A model generated the notes under the pieces. The model was given only the letters and a program-made list of their open reading frames with translations. It searched no databases and was not told the DNA's origin. The position numbers and the translations under genes were made by a program. From contig SVQU01000006.1 in NCBI GenBank assembly GCA_015065165.1, positions 10,081-74,080 on the forward strand: 64,000 nucleotides of DNA, written 5' to 3'. The DNA comes from Oscillospiraceae bacterium. Lineage in GTDB: Bacteria; Bacillota; Clostridia; Oscillospirales; CAG-382. Shown here one piece after another: positions 24,044-33,006 of the stretch. Each line of letters begins with the position of its first letter. The stretch's first letter is position 1.

Positions 24044-24559
24044 ATGAAAAACGCAAGAAAAGTTGCCCTTTCGGGGGTTTTTACCGCCCTTTGCTTTGTA
24101 TTTCTCTACGTGGGCTCGATTTTTCAGACGATGGATTTGAGTGCTGCGGCAATTGGAAGCATTATTGTTTTGGTGGCGATGATTGAGCTTGGAAAGAAAT
24201 GGGCATTGGGTATATACGTATCGGCGGCAATACTTTCGGTTTTATTATTGCCCTACAAATCACCTGCCGCGGTATTTGCTTTATTTGCGGGTTATTACCC
24301 TATTTTAAAAGCACCCCTTAACAGAATTAAGCCTATCGTATTTTCTTATTTAGCAAGACTTTCCTGCTTTAACATTGCTTTTTTGGCTTTGTTTTTTGTG
24401 TTTACAAAGCTTTTGAACATTCAAGAAGATTATTTAAATTTAGAGATTTTGATTTTCGTTTTGGGAAACGTTACCTTTTTGGTTTACGATTTTGCCTTGG
24501 AGCGTATTGCCGCAACCTATTTTACAAGGCTTAAACCAAAGCTTTTCGGCAAAGGATAG
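24044..24559 (+). CDS. Integral membrane protein
   Basis: About 6 hydrophobic segments; ATG immediately after the J-protein stop. Confidence 0.75.
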   Translation: MKNARKVALSGVFTALCFVFLYVGSIFQTMDLSAAAIGSIIVLVAMIELGKKWALGIYVSAAILSVLLLPYKSPAAVFALFAGYYPILKAPLNRIKPIVFSYLARLSCFNIAFLALFFVFTKLLNIQEDYLNLEILIFVLGNVTFLVYDFALERIAATYFTRLKPKLFGKG

Positions 24560-24588
24560 TTGACAAAATATAATACCCGTGATATAAT
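24560..24588 (+). promoter_or_regulatory. Sigma-A promoter TTGACA-17-TATAAT for the yloC operon
   Basis: Perfect consensus with TG extension. Confidence 0.85.
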
Positions 24589-24615
24589 TATATGATATTT
24601 TTTCGGAGGACAGCC

Positions 24616-25494
24616 ATGATAAAGAGCATGACAGGCTATGGCAGACACCGCGAGGTGATTGACGGCCGTGATATACTTTGCGAAGTCAAATCGGTTAACA
24701 GCCGATATCTTGACACAAACATTAAGCTTGGACGCGCATATAACGCCCTTGAGGACAAGGTTAAGCAATATGCCGCAACCCGTGTTTCCCGCGGGAAGAT
24801 GGATATTTACATTTCCATCGACCGTATTGCGGGGGACGACAACGGTCTTTCTGTAAACGAGAAGTTTTTGGAAAGCTACGTTTCGCTTTTGAGAGATATT
24901 AAAGAAAGATATGCCTTGGGCGGAGACGTTACCATTCAGACCGTTGCGGGAAGAAGCGAGGTATTTCAGCTTACCCGTCCCGACGAGGATATGGAGGCAA
25001 CTGCAGTTGCGCTGGCGCAGGTTATGGAAAAGGCCTTTGACGGCTTTACCGCCATGCGCGAAACCGAAGGCGCAAAGCTTGAAGCCGACCTTTTGGGACA
25101 TTTAGAGGTTCTTGAGGGTTTACGTGAAAAAATCGCGGAAAGAGCACCTATTTCGGTTTCGGAAAACAACGAAAAAATGAAAGCCCGTATACGCGAATTG
25201 CTTGACGGAGTGGCTTACGACGAAGCAAGACTGCTTACCGAATGTGCTATTTTTGCGGACAAGGCCGACATAAGCGAGGAAATCGCGAGATTGGGCTCGC
25301 ATTTTGAGCAGTTCAGGAAGATTTTAAAGGAAAACGTACCCGTTGGCAGAAAGCTTGATTTTCTTGTTCAGGAAATGAACCGCGAGGTTAACACCATCGG
25401 TTCGAAATGTAACGACGGCGAAACTGCAAAAATCGTTATCGATGCAAAGAGCTACGTAGAAAAAATCCGCGAGCAGATTCAGAACATTGAATAA
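24616..25494 (+). CDS. YicC/YloC family endoribonuclease
   Basis: MIKSMTGYG, GRKLDFLVQEMNREVNTIGSK, REQIQNIE; RBS ggagg. Confidence 0.95.
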   Translation: MIKSMTGYGRHREVIDGRDILCEVKSVNSRYLDTNIKLGRAYNALEDKVKQYAATRVSRGKMDIYISIDRIAGDDNGLSVNEKFLESYVSLLRDIKERYALGGDVTIQTVAGRSEVFQLTRPDEDMEATAVALAQVMEKAFDGFTAMRETEGAKLEADLLGHLEVLEGLREKIAERAPISVSENNEKMKARIRELLDGVAYDEARLLTECAIFADKADISEEIARLGSHFEQFRKILKENVPVGRKLDFLVQEMNREVNTIGSKCNDGETAKIVIDAKSYVEKIREQIQNIE

Positions 25495-25505
25495 GGAGCT
25501 ACGAG

Positions 25506-25742
25506 ATGAAATTGATTGATGCAGGCTTCGGCAATTTCGTTAACAGCGAAAGGTTGATTTCTATCGTGTCCCCCGATTCGTTACCTGTGAGAAGATTGAT
25601 TCAGGATGCGAAAAACGCGGGCAGACTTATTGATATCAGCTGCGGCAAAAAGACAAAATCGGTTTTGATTACAGACAGCGACCATATTATCTGTTCTGCG
25701 GAAGAACCAGACGTTATTATTAAAACTATCGAAAATAATTAA
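25506..25742 (+). CDS. remA: RemA (DUF370) family regulator
   Basis: GFGNFV...SPDSLPVRR...ITDSDHII. Confidence 0.88.
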   Translation: MKLIDAGFGNFVNSERLISIVSPDSLPVRRLIQDAKNAGRLIDISCGKKTKSVLITDSDHIICSAEEPDVIIKTIENN

Positions 25743-25768
25743 ACTATTATAAAAGAGGTATTTGTATT

Positions 25769-26029
25769 ATGATGCTTTATCCCACCGTTGCGGACCTTAC
25801 AAACGACAAGGTTAACCGTTACAAATTAGTTATCGCTACCGCTAAATGCGCACGTCATATTATTGACAAGGTTAACAGCGAGCAGGAATTGGCAGAACGT
25901 ATGCGCGTTGACAACGACCGCTTCTCCAAGGACAGCAAAAACGACAATCCCCTTCTTACCGAAAAGCCCGTTTCTATCGCTGTTCAGAAGCTTTACGACG
26001 GCGATTATACCATTGTTGACAACAAATAA
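25769..26029 (+). CDS. rpoZ: RNA polymerase omega subunit
   Basis: MLYP, NRYKLVIATAKCAR, KPVSIA; conserved position. Confidence 0.85.
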   Translation: MMLYPTVADLTNDKVNRYKLVIATAKCARHIIDKVNSEQELAERMRVDNDRFSKDSKNDNPLLTEKPVSIAVQKLYDGDYTIVDNK

Positions 26030-26032
26030 AAA

Positions 26033-28504
26033 ATGAACAAAGCGTATGCCTTCGTACACATAATTGATATTGCCTACGGTATTGACAGGCAATATACTTA
26101 TGCGGTTCCTTATGATTTGCGAAATGAAATAAAGGTTGGTTCTGTTGCGGTTGTACCCTTTGGGAACGGAAACAAAAGAATGAGTGCGGTAGTTGTCGGG
26201 TTTTCGGACAATTGTGATTATCCGAGAATTAAAAGTATCGACAGCGTTATGCACTATCCTTTTGACGTGCCTGAGGATTTGGTTCGCGCATGCAGTTTTA
26301 TGAAGGAACGCTTTTTTTGCACTTTCGGCAGTGCCTTTCGCGCGGTTATCCCTCCGGGGGTGAATCTTTCAAGCGAAATTGTTTATTCGATTAATCCCGA
26401 AAAGGACCAAAGCCGCTTGAATGACGCCGCGGTTATTATGCTTCGCAGGATTTCGGAAAAGGAAATTGCCACCGAGCGTGAAATTATCATGGAGTTTGGC
26501 GACGAGGGCAAGGTTTTGTTGGATTCTCTTTGCAAATGCGATGCATTGATTAAAAACAGCCGTGTTGTTGAAAAGATGAACGAAAAAAATCTTTTCACAT
26601 ACAGTCTTACCGTAAACAACGAGGAAGCGCTTGCTTTGGCAGAATGCGGAGAGGGTTTAACAGAAAAGCAAAGGGGCTTAATTTCCCTGCTTTTGAATTA
26701 CCCTGCCGCTACTATGCGAGAGATTGAAGAAATAGGCTCTTATTCGTCGGCAATAGTAAACGCTCTTATAAAAAAGGGCATTGTGGAAAAGCGAGAGACA
26801 TCGTTTTTCAGAGAGGCTTATTCCTTTGAGGATATTCCGCCCGAAAAGGAATTTGTGCTTTCGGATGCACAGAAAAATGCCGTAGACGGTTTAAGCGAGC
26901 TTGCATTGAGCAACGAACCGAAAGCCGCTTTGCTTTTTGGTGTTACGGGCAGCGGAAAAACCAGAGTTATCACCGAGGTTGCCAAAAAGGTTATTGAGGA
27001 CGGACGGCAGGTTATTGTGCTTTTGCCCGAGATTGGCTTGGCTTCGCAAGCGGTTAAGGCTTATGCCGCCGCCTTTGGAAAAAGGCTTGCGGTTATACAT
27101 TCCATGCTTTCGGTTGGAGAGCGCACCGACACCTATCGCAGGATTCTTGCGGGGGACATCGACATAGTTATCGGCACACGAAGCGCGGTTTTTGCACCTT
27201 TTATTAAATTAGGTATGATTGCCATTGACGAAGAACAGGCGCACACCTATAAAAGCGAAATGCAACCCAAATACAATGCGGTTGATATGGCAAGGTTCAG
27301 ATGTAATGAATCAAAGGCGCTTATGCTTTTGGCTTCTGCCACACCTTCAATCGAAAGCTTTTACAAGGCCGAAAAAGGCATTTACAAGCTATTTAAACTT
27401 GATAACCGTTTTGGCGGTGCAGTTTTGCCCAAGGTTATTATCGAAGACCTGCGCGAGGATGCTTCACTTTCAAGCGGAAAGCTTATCGGCAAGCGTTTAA
27501 GCACGGAATTGAAGAATTCCAAGGAGAACGGCAGACAGGCTTTACTGTTTGTAAACCGCAGAGGATATAACTCGCACATTTCCTGCAAGGAATGCGGTTT
27601 TGTTTTTACCTGCCCGAATTGCTCGGTTTCGCTTACCCACCACGCTTATGAGGGCAGTTTTAAAAGCGCAAGAAGAATGAGCTGTCATTATTGCGGTTAC
27701 ACCGCACAGTTACCCGCCATTTGCCCCGCTTGCGGCGGAAGTAAAATTGGATATTCGGGATATGGGACACAAAAGCTTCAGGACGAATTAGAGCAGGATT
27801 TCCCTGATTTCAAAATCACCCGAATGGATTCGGACACCACCGGCGGTAAATTTTCCCACGATAAGATTATCGAAGGCTTTGCAAAGGGCGAAAGCGACGT
27901 TTTGATCGGCACACAGATGATTTCCAAGGGGCTGGACTTCCCCGGAGTTAACGTTGCGGGCGCTGTTTCTATTGACAGCAGTTTATATATGGACGATTTT
28001 AGAGCAAGTGAAAGAACCTTTTCGTTGATTACACAGCTTGTGGGCAGAGCCGGACGCTCGGGGGAAGAATCGAAAGCGATTTTGCAAACCTACAACCCCG
28101 AAAACGAAACCTTGCTTTTAGCGGCAACACAGGATTACGAAAGATTTTACGAAAGCGAAATTTTGCTTAGAAAAGCGGTGGTATTTCCCCCGTTTTGCTC
28201 TATGGCAGTTTTCGGTATTTCATCGGCAAACGAAAATGAATGTGAGAGCTTTGCATATAAGTTCGACACCGAATTACTTTCGCTTTACGACAAAAAATAT
28301 AAAGACAGAATTAACGTTATAAAATTCGGTCCGTTCAGAAGCGGAATTTATAAGGTTATGGGTAAATTCAGGCAGAGAATTATCATAAAATATAAGGACA
28401 ATTCCCTTGCGCGTGAATTTTTCAAAGAATTACTAACAACGGGTTTGGATATGGCGCCCAAGGGTGTTAAGCTCGATTTGGACGTAAACCCCAGCATTAT
28501 CTAA
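26033..28504 (+). CDS. priA: Primosomal protein N'
   Basis: GVTGSGKT, DEEQ, NRRGY, four CxxC, KGLDFP, GRAGR. Confidence 0.97.
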   Translation: MNKAYAFVHIIDIAYGIDRQYTYAVPYDLRNEIKVGSVAVVPFGNGNKRMSAVVVGFSDNCDYPRIKSIDSVMHYPFDVPEDLVRACSFMKERFFCTFGSAFRAVIPPGVNLSSEIVYSINPEKDQSRLNDAAVIMLRRISEKEIATEREIIMEFGDEGKVLLDSLCKCDALIKNSRVVEKMNEKNLFTYSLTVNNEEALALAECGEGLTEKQRGLISLLLNYPAATMREIEEIGSYSSAIVNALIKKGIVEKRETSFFREAYSFEDIPPEKEFVLSDAQKNAVDGLSELALSNEPKAALLFGVTGSGKTRVITEVAKKVIEDGRQVIVLLPEIGLASQAVKAYAAAFGKRLAVIHSMLSVGERTDTYRRILAGDIDIVIGTRSAVFAPFIKLGMIAIDEEQAHTYKSEMQPKYNAVDMARFRCNESKALMLLASATPSIESFYKAEKGIYKLFKLDNRFGGAVLPKVIIEDLREDASLSSGKLIGKRLSTELKNSKENGRQALLFVNRRGYNSHISCKECGFVFTCPNCSVSLTHHAYEGSFKSARRMSCHYCGYTAQLPAICPACGGSKIGYSGYGTQKLQDELEQDFPDFKITRMDSDTTGGKFSHDKIIEGFAKGESDVLIGTQMISKGLDFPGVNVAGAVSIDSSLYMDDFRASERTFSLITQLVGRAGRSGEESKAILQTYNPENETLLLAATQDYERFYESEILLRKAVVFPPFCSMAVFGISSANENECESFAYKFDTELLSLYDKKYKDRINVIKFGPFRSGIYKVMGKFRQRIIIKYKDNSLAREFFKELLTTGLDMAPKGVKLDLDVNPSII

Positions 28505-28532
28505 CCCAAACAATATCTAAGGAGATTTAACT

Positions 28533-29003
28533 ATGGCAATTCTTAATATTTTAAAAGAGGGCGACGAAGCATTACGTAAAAAATGCAGAGAGGTTGAGGA
28601 AATTACCCCTCGCATATTACGGTTACTTGACGATATGCACGATACCCTCGAAAAGGCGCAGGGTGTTGGTCTTGCCGCACCTCAGGTTGGTGTTTTAAGA
28701 AGAATTGTTATCGTTGAAATCGACGACAAGAAATATGAAATGATTAACCCCGTTATTATCGACAAAAAGGGCAAGCAGGAGGAAATAGAGGCTTGTCTTT
28801 CCGTACCTAACAAATACGGCAGCGTGGTTCGTCCCACCTGGGCAAAGGTTCGCGCTATGAACAGAAACGGCGAGATTTACGAGGTTGAGGGCGAAGGTCT
28901 TATGGCAAGATGCTTCTGCCACGAGCTTGACCATCTTGACGGTATTCTTTATATTGACAAGGCAAAAGAAATGTACGACCCCGAGGATATTGAGGAAGCA
29001 TAA
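28533..29003 (+). CDS. def: Peptide deformylase
   Basis: GVGLAAPQ, EACLS, HELDH. Confidence 0.97.
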   Translation: MAILNILKEGDEALRKKCREVEEITPRILRLLDDMHDTLEKAQGVGLAAPQVGVLRRIVIVEIDDKKYEMINPVIIDKKGKQEEIEACLSVPNKYGSVVRPTWAKVRAMNRNGEIYEVEGEGLMARCFCHELDHLDGILYIDKAKEMYDPEDIEEA

Positions 29004-29933
29004 ATGAGAATTGTTTTTATGGGCACGCCCGATTTTGCGGTTTCTTCTTTGGAAGCGCTTTACGAATCGGGACACGAAATTGCATTGGTTGTAAGCCAAC
29101 CCGACAGACCTAAGGGACGCGGTTATAATCTTACCCCTTCTGCGGTGAAACAATATGCTTTGGAAAAAGGCACCGAGGTTATTACCCCCGCTTCGCTTAA
29201 GGACGAGGATGTTATTGCCAAGCTGAAAAGCGTTAACGCAGATTTATTTGTTGTTACGGCTTACGGCAGAATACTTTCGAAAGAAATTTTGGATATACCA
29301 AGGCTTGGCTGTGTTAACGTGCACGCTTCCCTTCTTCCCAAATGGAGAGGCGCTGCCCCCATTAACCGTGCGATTATGTGCGGAGACAAGGTTGGCGGTG
29401 TTACCATTATGTATATGGACGTGGGACTTGACACCGGCGATATTATTATAAAAAAGGCTATTGATATAAAAGACGATTGGACTGCCGAGGAATATCACGA
29501 TGCTCTTGCAGAATGCGGAAAAGAGGCATTGAAGGAATTTATCGAATGCGCCGAAAAGGGCGACATCCCCCGCCAAAAGCAGGATGACGATTTGGCAACC
29601 TACGCCGCGAAAATCGGAAACGAGGATGCATATCTTACCTTTGATGAGGATGCAATTGACGTCAGAAACAGAATTCGCGGTCTTTCACCCTTCCCCGGTT
29701 CCTTCTTCTTCCTTAACGGAAAGAGGTTTAAGGTTAGAAACGCGGTTCTTTCCGACGGAAACGGAGAAGTCGGCACAGTAATTTCCACTGACAAGGGCGG
29801 AATTGAGATTGCTTGTAAAAGCGGAAGTGTTATTATTACAAAATTATGTCCCGAAGGCAAAGGCGTTTGTGATGCCGAAAGCTATTTAAGGGGCAACAAA
29901 ATTGCGATCGGAACGAAGGTAAATGAGCGATAA
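29004..29933 (+). CDS. fmt: Methionyl-tRNA formyltransferase
   Basis: FMGTPDFA, NVHASLLPKWRGAAP. Confidence 0.98.
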   Translation: MRIVFMGTPDFAVSSLEALYESGHEIALVVSQPDRPKGRGYNLTPSAVKQYALEKGTEVITPASLKDEDVIAKLKSVNADLFVVTAYGRILSKEILDIPRLGCVNVHASLLPKWRGAAPINRAIMCGDKVGGVTIMYMDVGLDTGDIIIKKAIDIKDDWTAEEYHDALAECGKEALKEFIECAEKGDIPRQKQDDDLATYAAKIGNEDAYLTFDEDAIDVRNRIRGLSPFPGSFFFLNGKRFKVRNAVLSDGNGEVGTVISTDKGGIEIACKSGSVIITKLCPEGKGVCDAESYLRGNKIAIGTKVNER

Positions 29934-31152
29934 AGCAAGGCTTGCGGCGTATAACGTCGTTAAAAGAATTTTCGACGGTGCATATTCCAACCTGGTGCTT
30001 TCCCACCAGGGTTTAAGCGGTTTGGACAGAGCTTTTGCCGAAAACATTGTTTTGGGCACTCTTGAAAGAAAGGTTACTTTAGAGTACGTTCTTTCAAAAT
30101 TTATAAACCGCCAATGCAGCTCGGAGGTTTCCGCCCTTTTAATTACGGGCATTTACCAGATCTTATATATGGACAGAGTTCCCGACAGCGCCGCTTGTGA
30201 TGAAACGGTTAATCTAGCAAAAGAGCTTTTCGGACAAAAGGTTGCAGGATTTGCAAACGGTGTTTTAAGGAATATTTGTCGAAAAAAGGCAGCGGTTTTA
30301 AAGGGTATTGACCGTAGCGAGGGATATATCAAATATTCTGCCGACAAGGATTTATACAACCTTTTAAAGGGGTATTACCCCGAGAATATCGAAAAGATTT
30401 TTAATGCATTTTTTGGCAAGCCAGCCGCGTTTTTAAGGGTGAATACTCTTAAATCAAATGCAGAAGCGGTTGCCGAAAAGATAAATGGCAAGGTTATGGA
30501 TTCAACCTGTGTTCAGGTGGAGGACATTTCCGAAGCTGTAAAATTGATTTCCCAAGGTGAATTTTATATTCAGGGCAAGGCTTCTCAAGAGGCGGTCAAG
30601 CTTTTGGACGCAAAGCCCGACGAGATTATTATTGACGTTTGCGCCTGTCCCGGCGGAAAAAGTCTTGGCGCGGCAATTGATATGGAAAACAAGGGTAGGA
30701 TTTATTCGCTGGACTTACACGATAAAAAACTGCCTTTAATTGAAAAAAGCGCATCACTTTTGGGTATTGACATTATCGAAACCCGCAAAAACGATGCGCG
30801 CAAGGCTATTGACGAATTTATAGGAATTGCCCACAAGGTTATTTGCGACGTACCCTGCAGCGGTACGGGTGTTATGGGGTCAAAACCCGAAATTAAATAC
30901 AAATCTCCCGAAGCTTTTAAAGGTCTTTATCCTACTCAGAGGGCGATTATACAAGAAGCTTCTCGATATTTAAAGGTTGGCGGTGTTATGGTTTACTCTA
31001 CTTGTTCCATCAACAAAGCCGAAAATGAAGACATCGTTGCAGACTTTTTGAAAAACAACTGGGGATTTAAGCTAACTTATGAAAAAACCTGCCTGCCCTT
31101 TGAAGCGGAATGCGAAGGGTTTTATATGGCGAAAATTATCAGGGAGTTATAA
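29923..31152 (+). CDS. rsmB: 16S rRNA m5C967 methyltransferase
   Basis: NusB-like N-terminus, CACPGGK, DVPCSGTG, YSTCS. Confidence 0.92.
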   Translation: MSDKARLAAYNVVKRIFDGAYSNLVLSHQGLSGLDRAFAENIVLGTLERKVTLEYVLSKFINRQCSSEVSALLITGIYQILYMDRVPDSAACDETVNLAKELFGQKVAGFANGVLRNICRKKAAVLKGIDRSEGYIKYSADKDLYNLLKGYYPENIEKIFNAFFGKPAAFLRVNTLKSNAEAVAEKINGKVMDSTCVQVEDISEAVKLISQGEFYIQGKASQEAVKLLDAKPDEIIIDVCACPGGKSLGAAIDMENKGRIYSLDLHDKKLPLIEKSASLLGIDIIETRKNDARKAIDEFIGIAHKVICDVPCSGTGVMGSKPEIKYKSPEAFKGLYPTQRAIIQEASRYLKVGGVMVYSTCSINKAENEDIVADFLKNNWGFKLTYEKTCLPFEAECEGFYMAKIIREL

Positions 31153-32184
31153 ATGAGCAAGGCAGATTTGCTTTCTATGTTCCCCGACGAGCTTGGCGAG
31201 CTATGTGTTTCGTTGGGACAGCCTAAATACAGAGGTAAACAGATTTTCGAGGCGTTATATAAAGGCGCGCGGGGATTCGATGGGTTCACTTCCCTGCCAA
31301 AAGCTTTTAGAGAAAGGCTTTCAGAGGAAGCGTTTATACCAAACGCAGAGATTGCCAGAAAGCTGGTTTCTAAAATTGACGGTACTGTTAAATATTTATA
31401 CCGACTTTACGACGGAGAAACTGTAGAAAGCGTGTTTATGAGATATAAGCACGGCAATACCATGTGCATTTCTACCCAGGTGGGATGCAGAATGGGTTGT
31501 GCCTTTTGCGCCTCTACCAAGGCAGGACTTGTCAGGTCCCTTGCACCGTCGGAAATGCTTTTGCAGATTCTTGAAGCAGAACGGGATTTGAACGAGCGTG
31601 TTTCGAATATCGTGCTTATGGGAATGGGCGAGCCTTTAGATAATTACGACAACGTGATTAAATTTTTGAAATTGGTTAATTACGAAAGCGGACTTAACAT
31701 CGGTTTAAGGCACATTTCCCTTTCAACCTGCGGTCTTGTGGATAAGATTGACAGACTTGCCGACGAAGGACTGCCGGTTACGCTTTCTATCTCCTTACAC
31801 GCCCCAAACGATGAAAAGCGCAAAGAAACCATGCCTATTGCCAACAAATACAGCATTTCACAGTTATTAGATGCTTGTAAACGCTTTATTGACAAAACAG
31901 GGCGCAGAATTTCTTTTGAATACGCTTTGATTTCGGGGGTTAACGATTTACCCGCGGATGCACATCAGTTGGGAAAATTACTTGGCGGTATGCTATGCCA
32001 CGTGAATTTGATTCCCGTTAACCCTATTAAGGAAAGAAGCTTTCAAAGCAGCGAAAAAAATGCCATTAAGGCATTTACCGATATACTTGAAACATATAAA
32101 ATTAACGTAACGGTTCGCCGTAAGCTGGGTGCTGACATCAACGCCTCTTGCGGACAGTTACGTGCGGAAGAAAATAAAATTTAG
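31153..32184 (+). CDS. rlmN: 23S rRNA/tRNA m2A radical SAM methyltransferase
   Basis: CRMGCAFC, MGMGEP, ASCGQL. Confidence 0.97.
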   Translation: MSKADLLSMFPDELGELCVSLGQPKYRGKQIFEALYKGARGFDGFTSLPKAFRERLSEEAFIPNAEIARKLVSKIDGTVKYLYRLYDGETVESVFMRYKHGNTMCISTQVGCRMGCAFCASTKAGLVRSLAPSEMLLQILEAERDLNERVSNIVLMGMGEPLDNYDNVIKFLKLVNYESGLNIGLRHISLSTCGLVDKIDRLADEGLPVTLSISLHAPNDEKRKETMPIANKYSISQLLDACKRFIDKTGRRISFEYALISGVNDLPADAHQLGKLLGGMLCHVNLIPVNPIKERSFQSSEKNAIKAFTDILETYKINVTVRRKLGADINASCGQLRAEENKI

Positions 32185-32215
32185 TTGAAATTAAGAAGAA
32201 AAGGAGGACACGGCT

Positions 32216-32968
32216 TTGAAATACGGCGGAAGAACCGACGTTGGTATTAAGCGAAAAAACAATCAGGATAGTTATGCCGTTTTCTCCAAATCGGGATATT
32301 TTTGTGCAATAGTTTGCGACGGTATGGGCGGCGCCAACGGCGGTAACATTGCAAGCGGTCTTGCTGTTAAAACCTTTGCTTCTTGTATTAAAAGAGGATT
32401 TTCCCTTATGAATCCCGACGATTTTGATGAATTTGAAATTAAGCGTCTTTTGAAATCGGCGGTTAACGAAACCAATTACACCGTTTATGAAAAATCTCTT
32501 TCCTCGCCCGAGCTTGAGGGAATGGGAACGACCTTGGTTGCCGTGATCGGTTGTTTATGCGGCACCTTTGCGGTAAACATTGGCGACAGCAGGCTTTATC
32601 GTCAGCTGGACGGCATTTTACAGCAGGTTTCCACCGACCATTCCTTTGTTCAATATCTTATCGACAAAGGAGATTTAAAGCCTGAGGATGCGGCAAACCA
32701 CCCCAACAAGAACATTATTTTACGCGCTATCGGCGTTAATGAAATGGTGGAGGGGGATTATTTCAGAATTGACAATTATGACAGACTGTTGCTTTGTACA
32801 GACGGTCTTACCAACCACGTAAATGACAAACGGATTGAAAAAATTCTTTCCGGAGAACATACAGTTAAACCGACCACCCTTAAAATGAGGGCCGATGCGC
32901 TTATCAGTGAAGCCAACGACGGCGGCGGTTTTGATAACATCACCGCGGTTATTGTAGGCGGAGAATGA
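32216..32968 (+). CDS. PP2C-type Ser/Thr phosphatase (Stp1/PrpC)
   Basis: NQD, CDGMGG, GTT, GDSR, CTDGL, DNIT. Confidence 0.95.
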   Translation: MKYGGRTDVGIKRKNNQDSYAVFSKSGYFCAIVCDGMGGANGGNIASGLAVKTFASCIKRGFSLMNPDDFDEFEIKRLLKSAVNETNYTVYEKSLSSPELEGMGTTLVAVIGCLCGTFAVNIGDSRLYRQLDGILQQVSTDHSFVQYLIDKGDLKPEDAANHPNKNIILRAIGVNEMVEGDYFRIDNYDRLLLCTDGLTNHVNDKRIEKILSGEHTVKPTTLKMRADALISEANDGGGFDNITAVIVGGE

Positions 32969-33006
32969 TTTGAGTTCGGCTATTCAAACGAAAGGAATGT
33001 TTTAGG

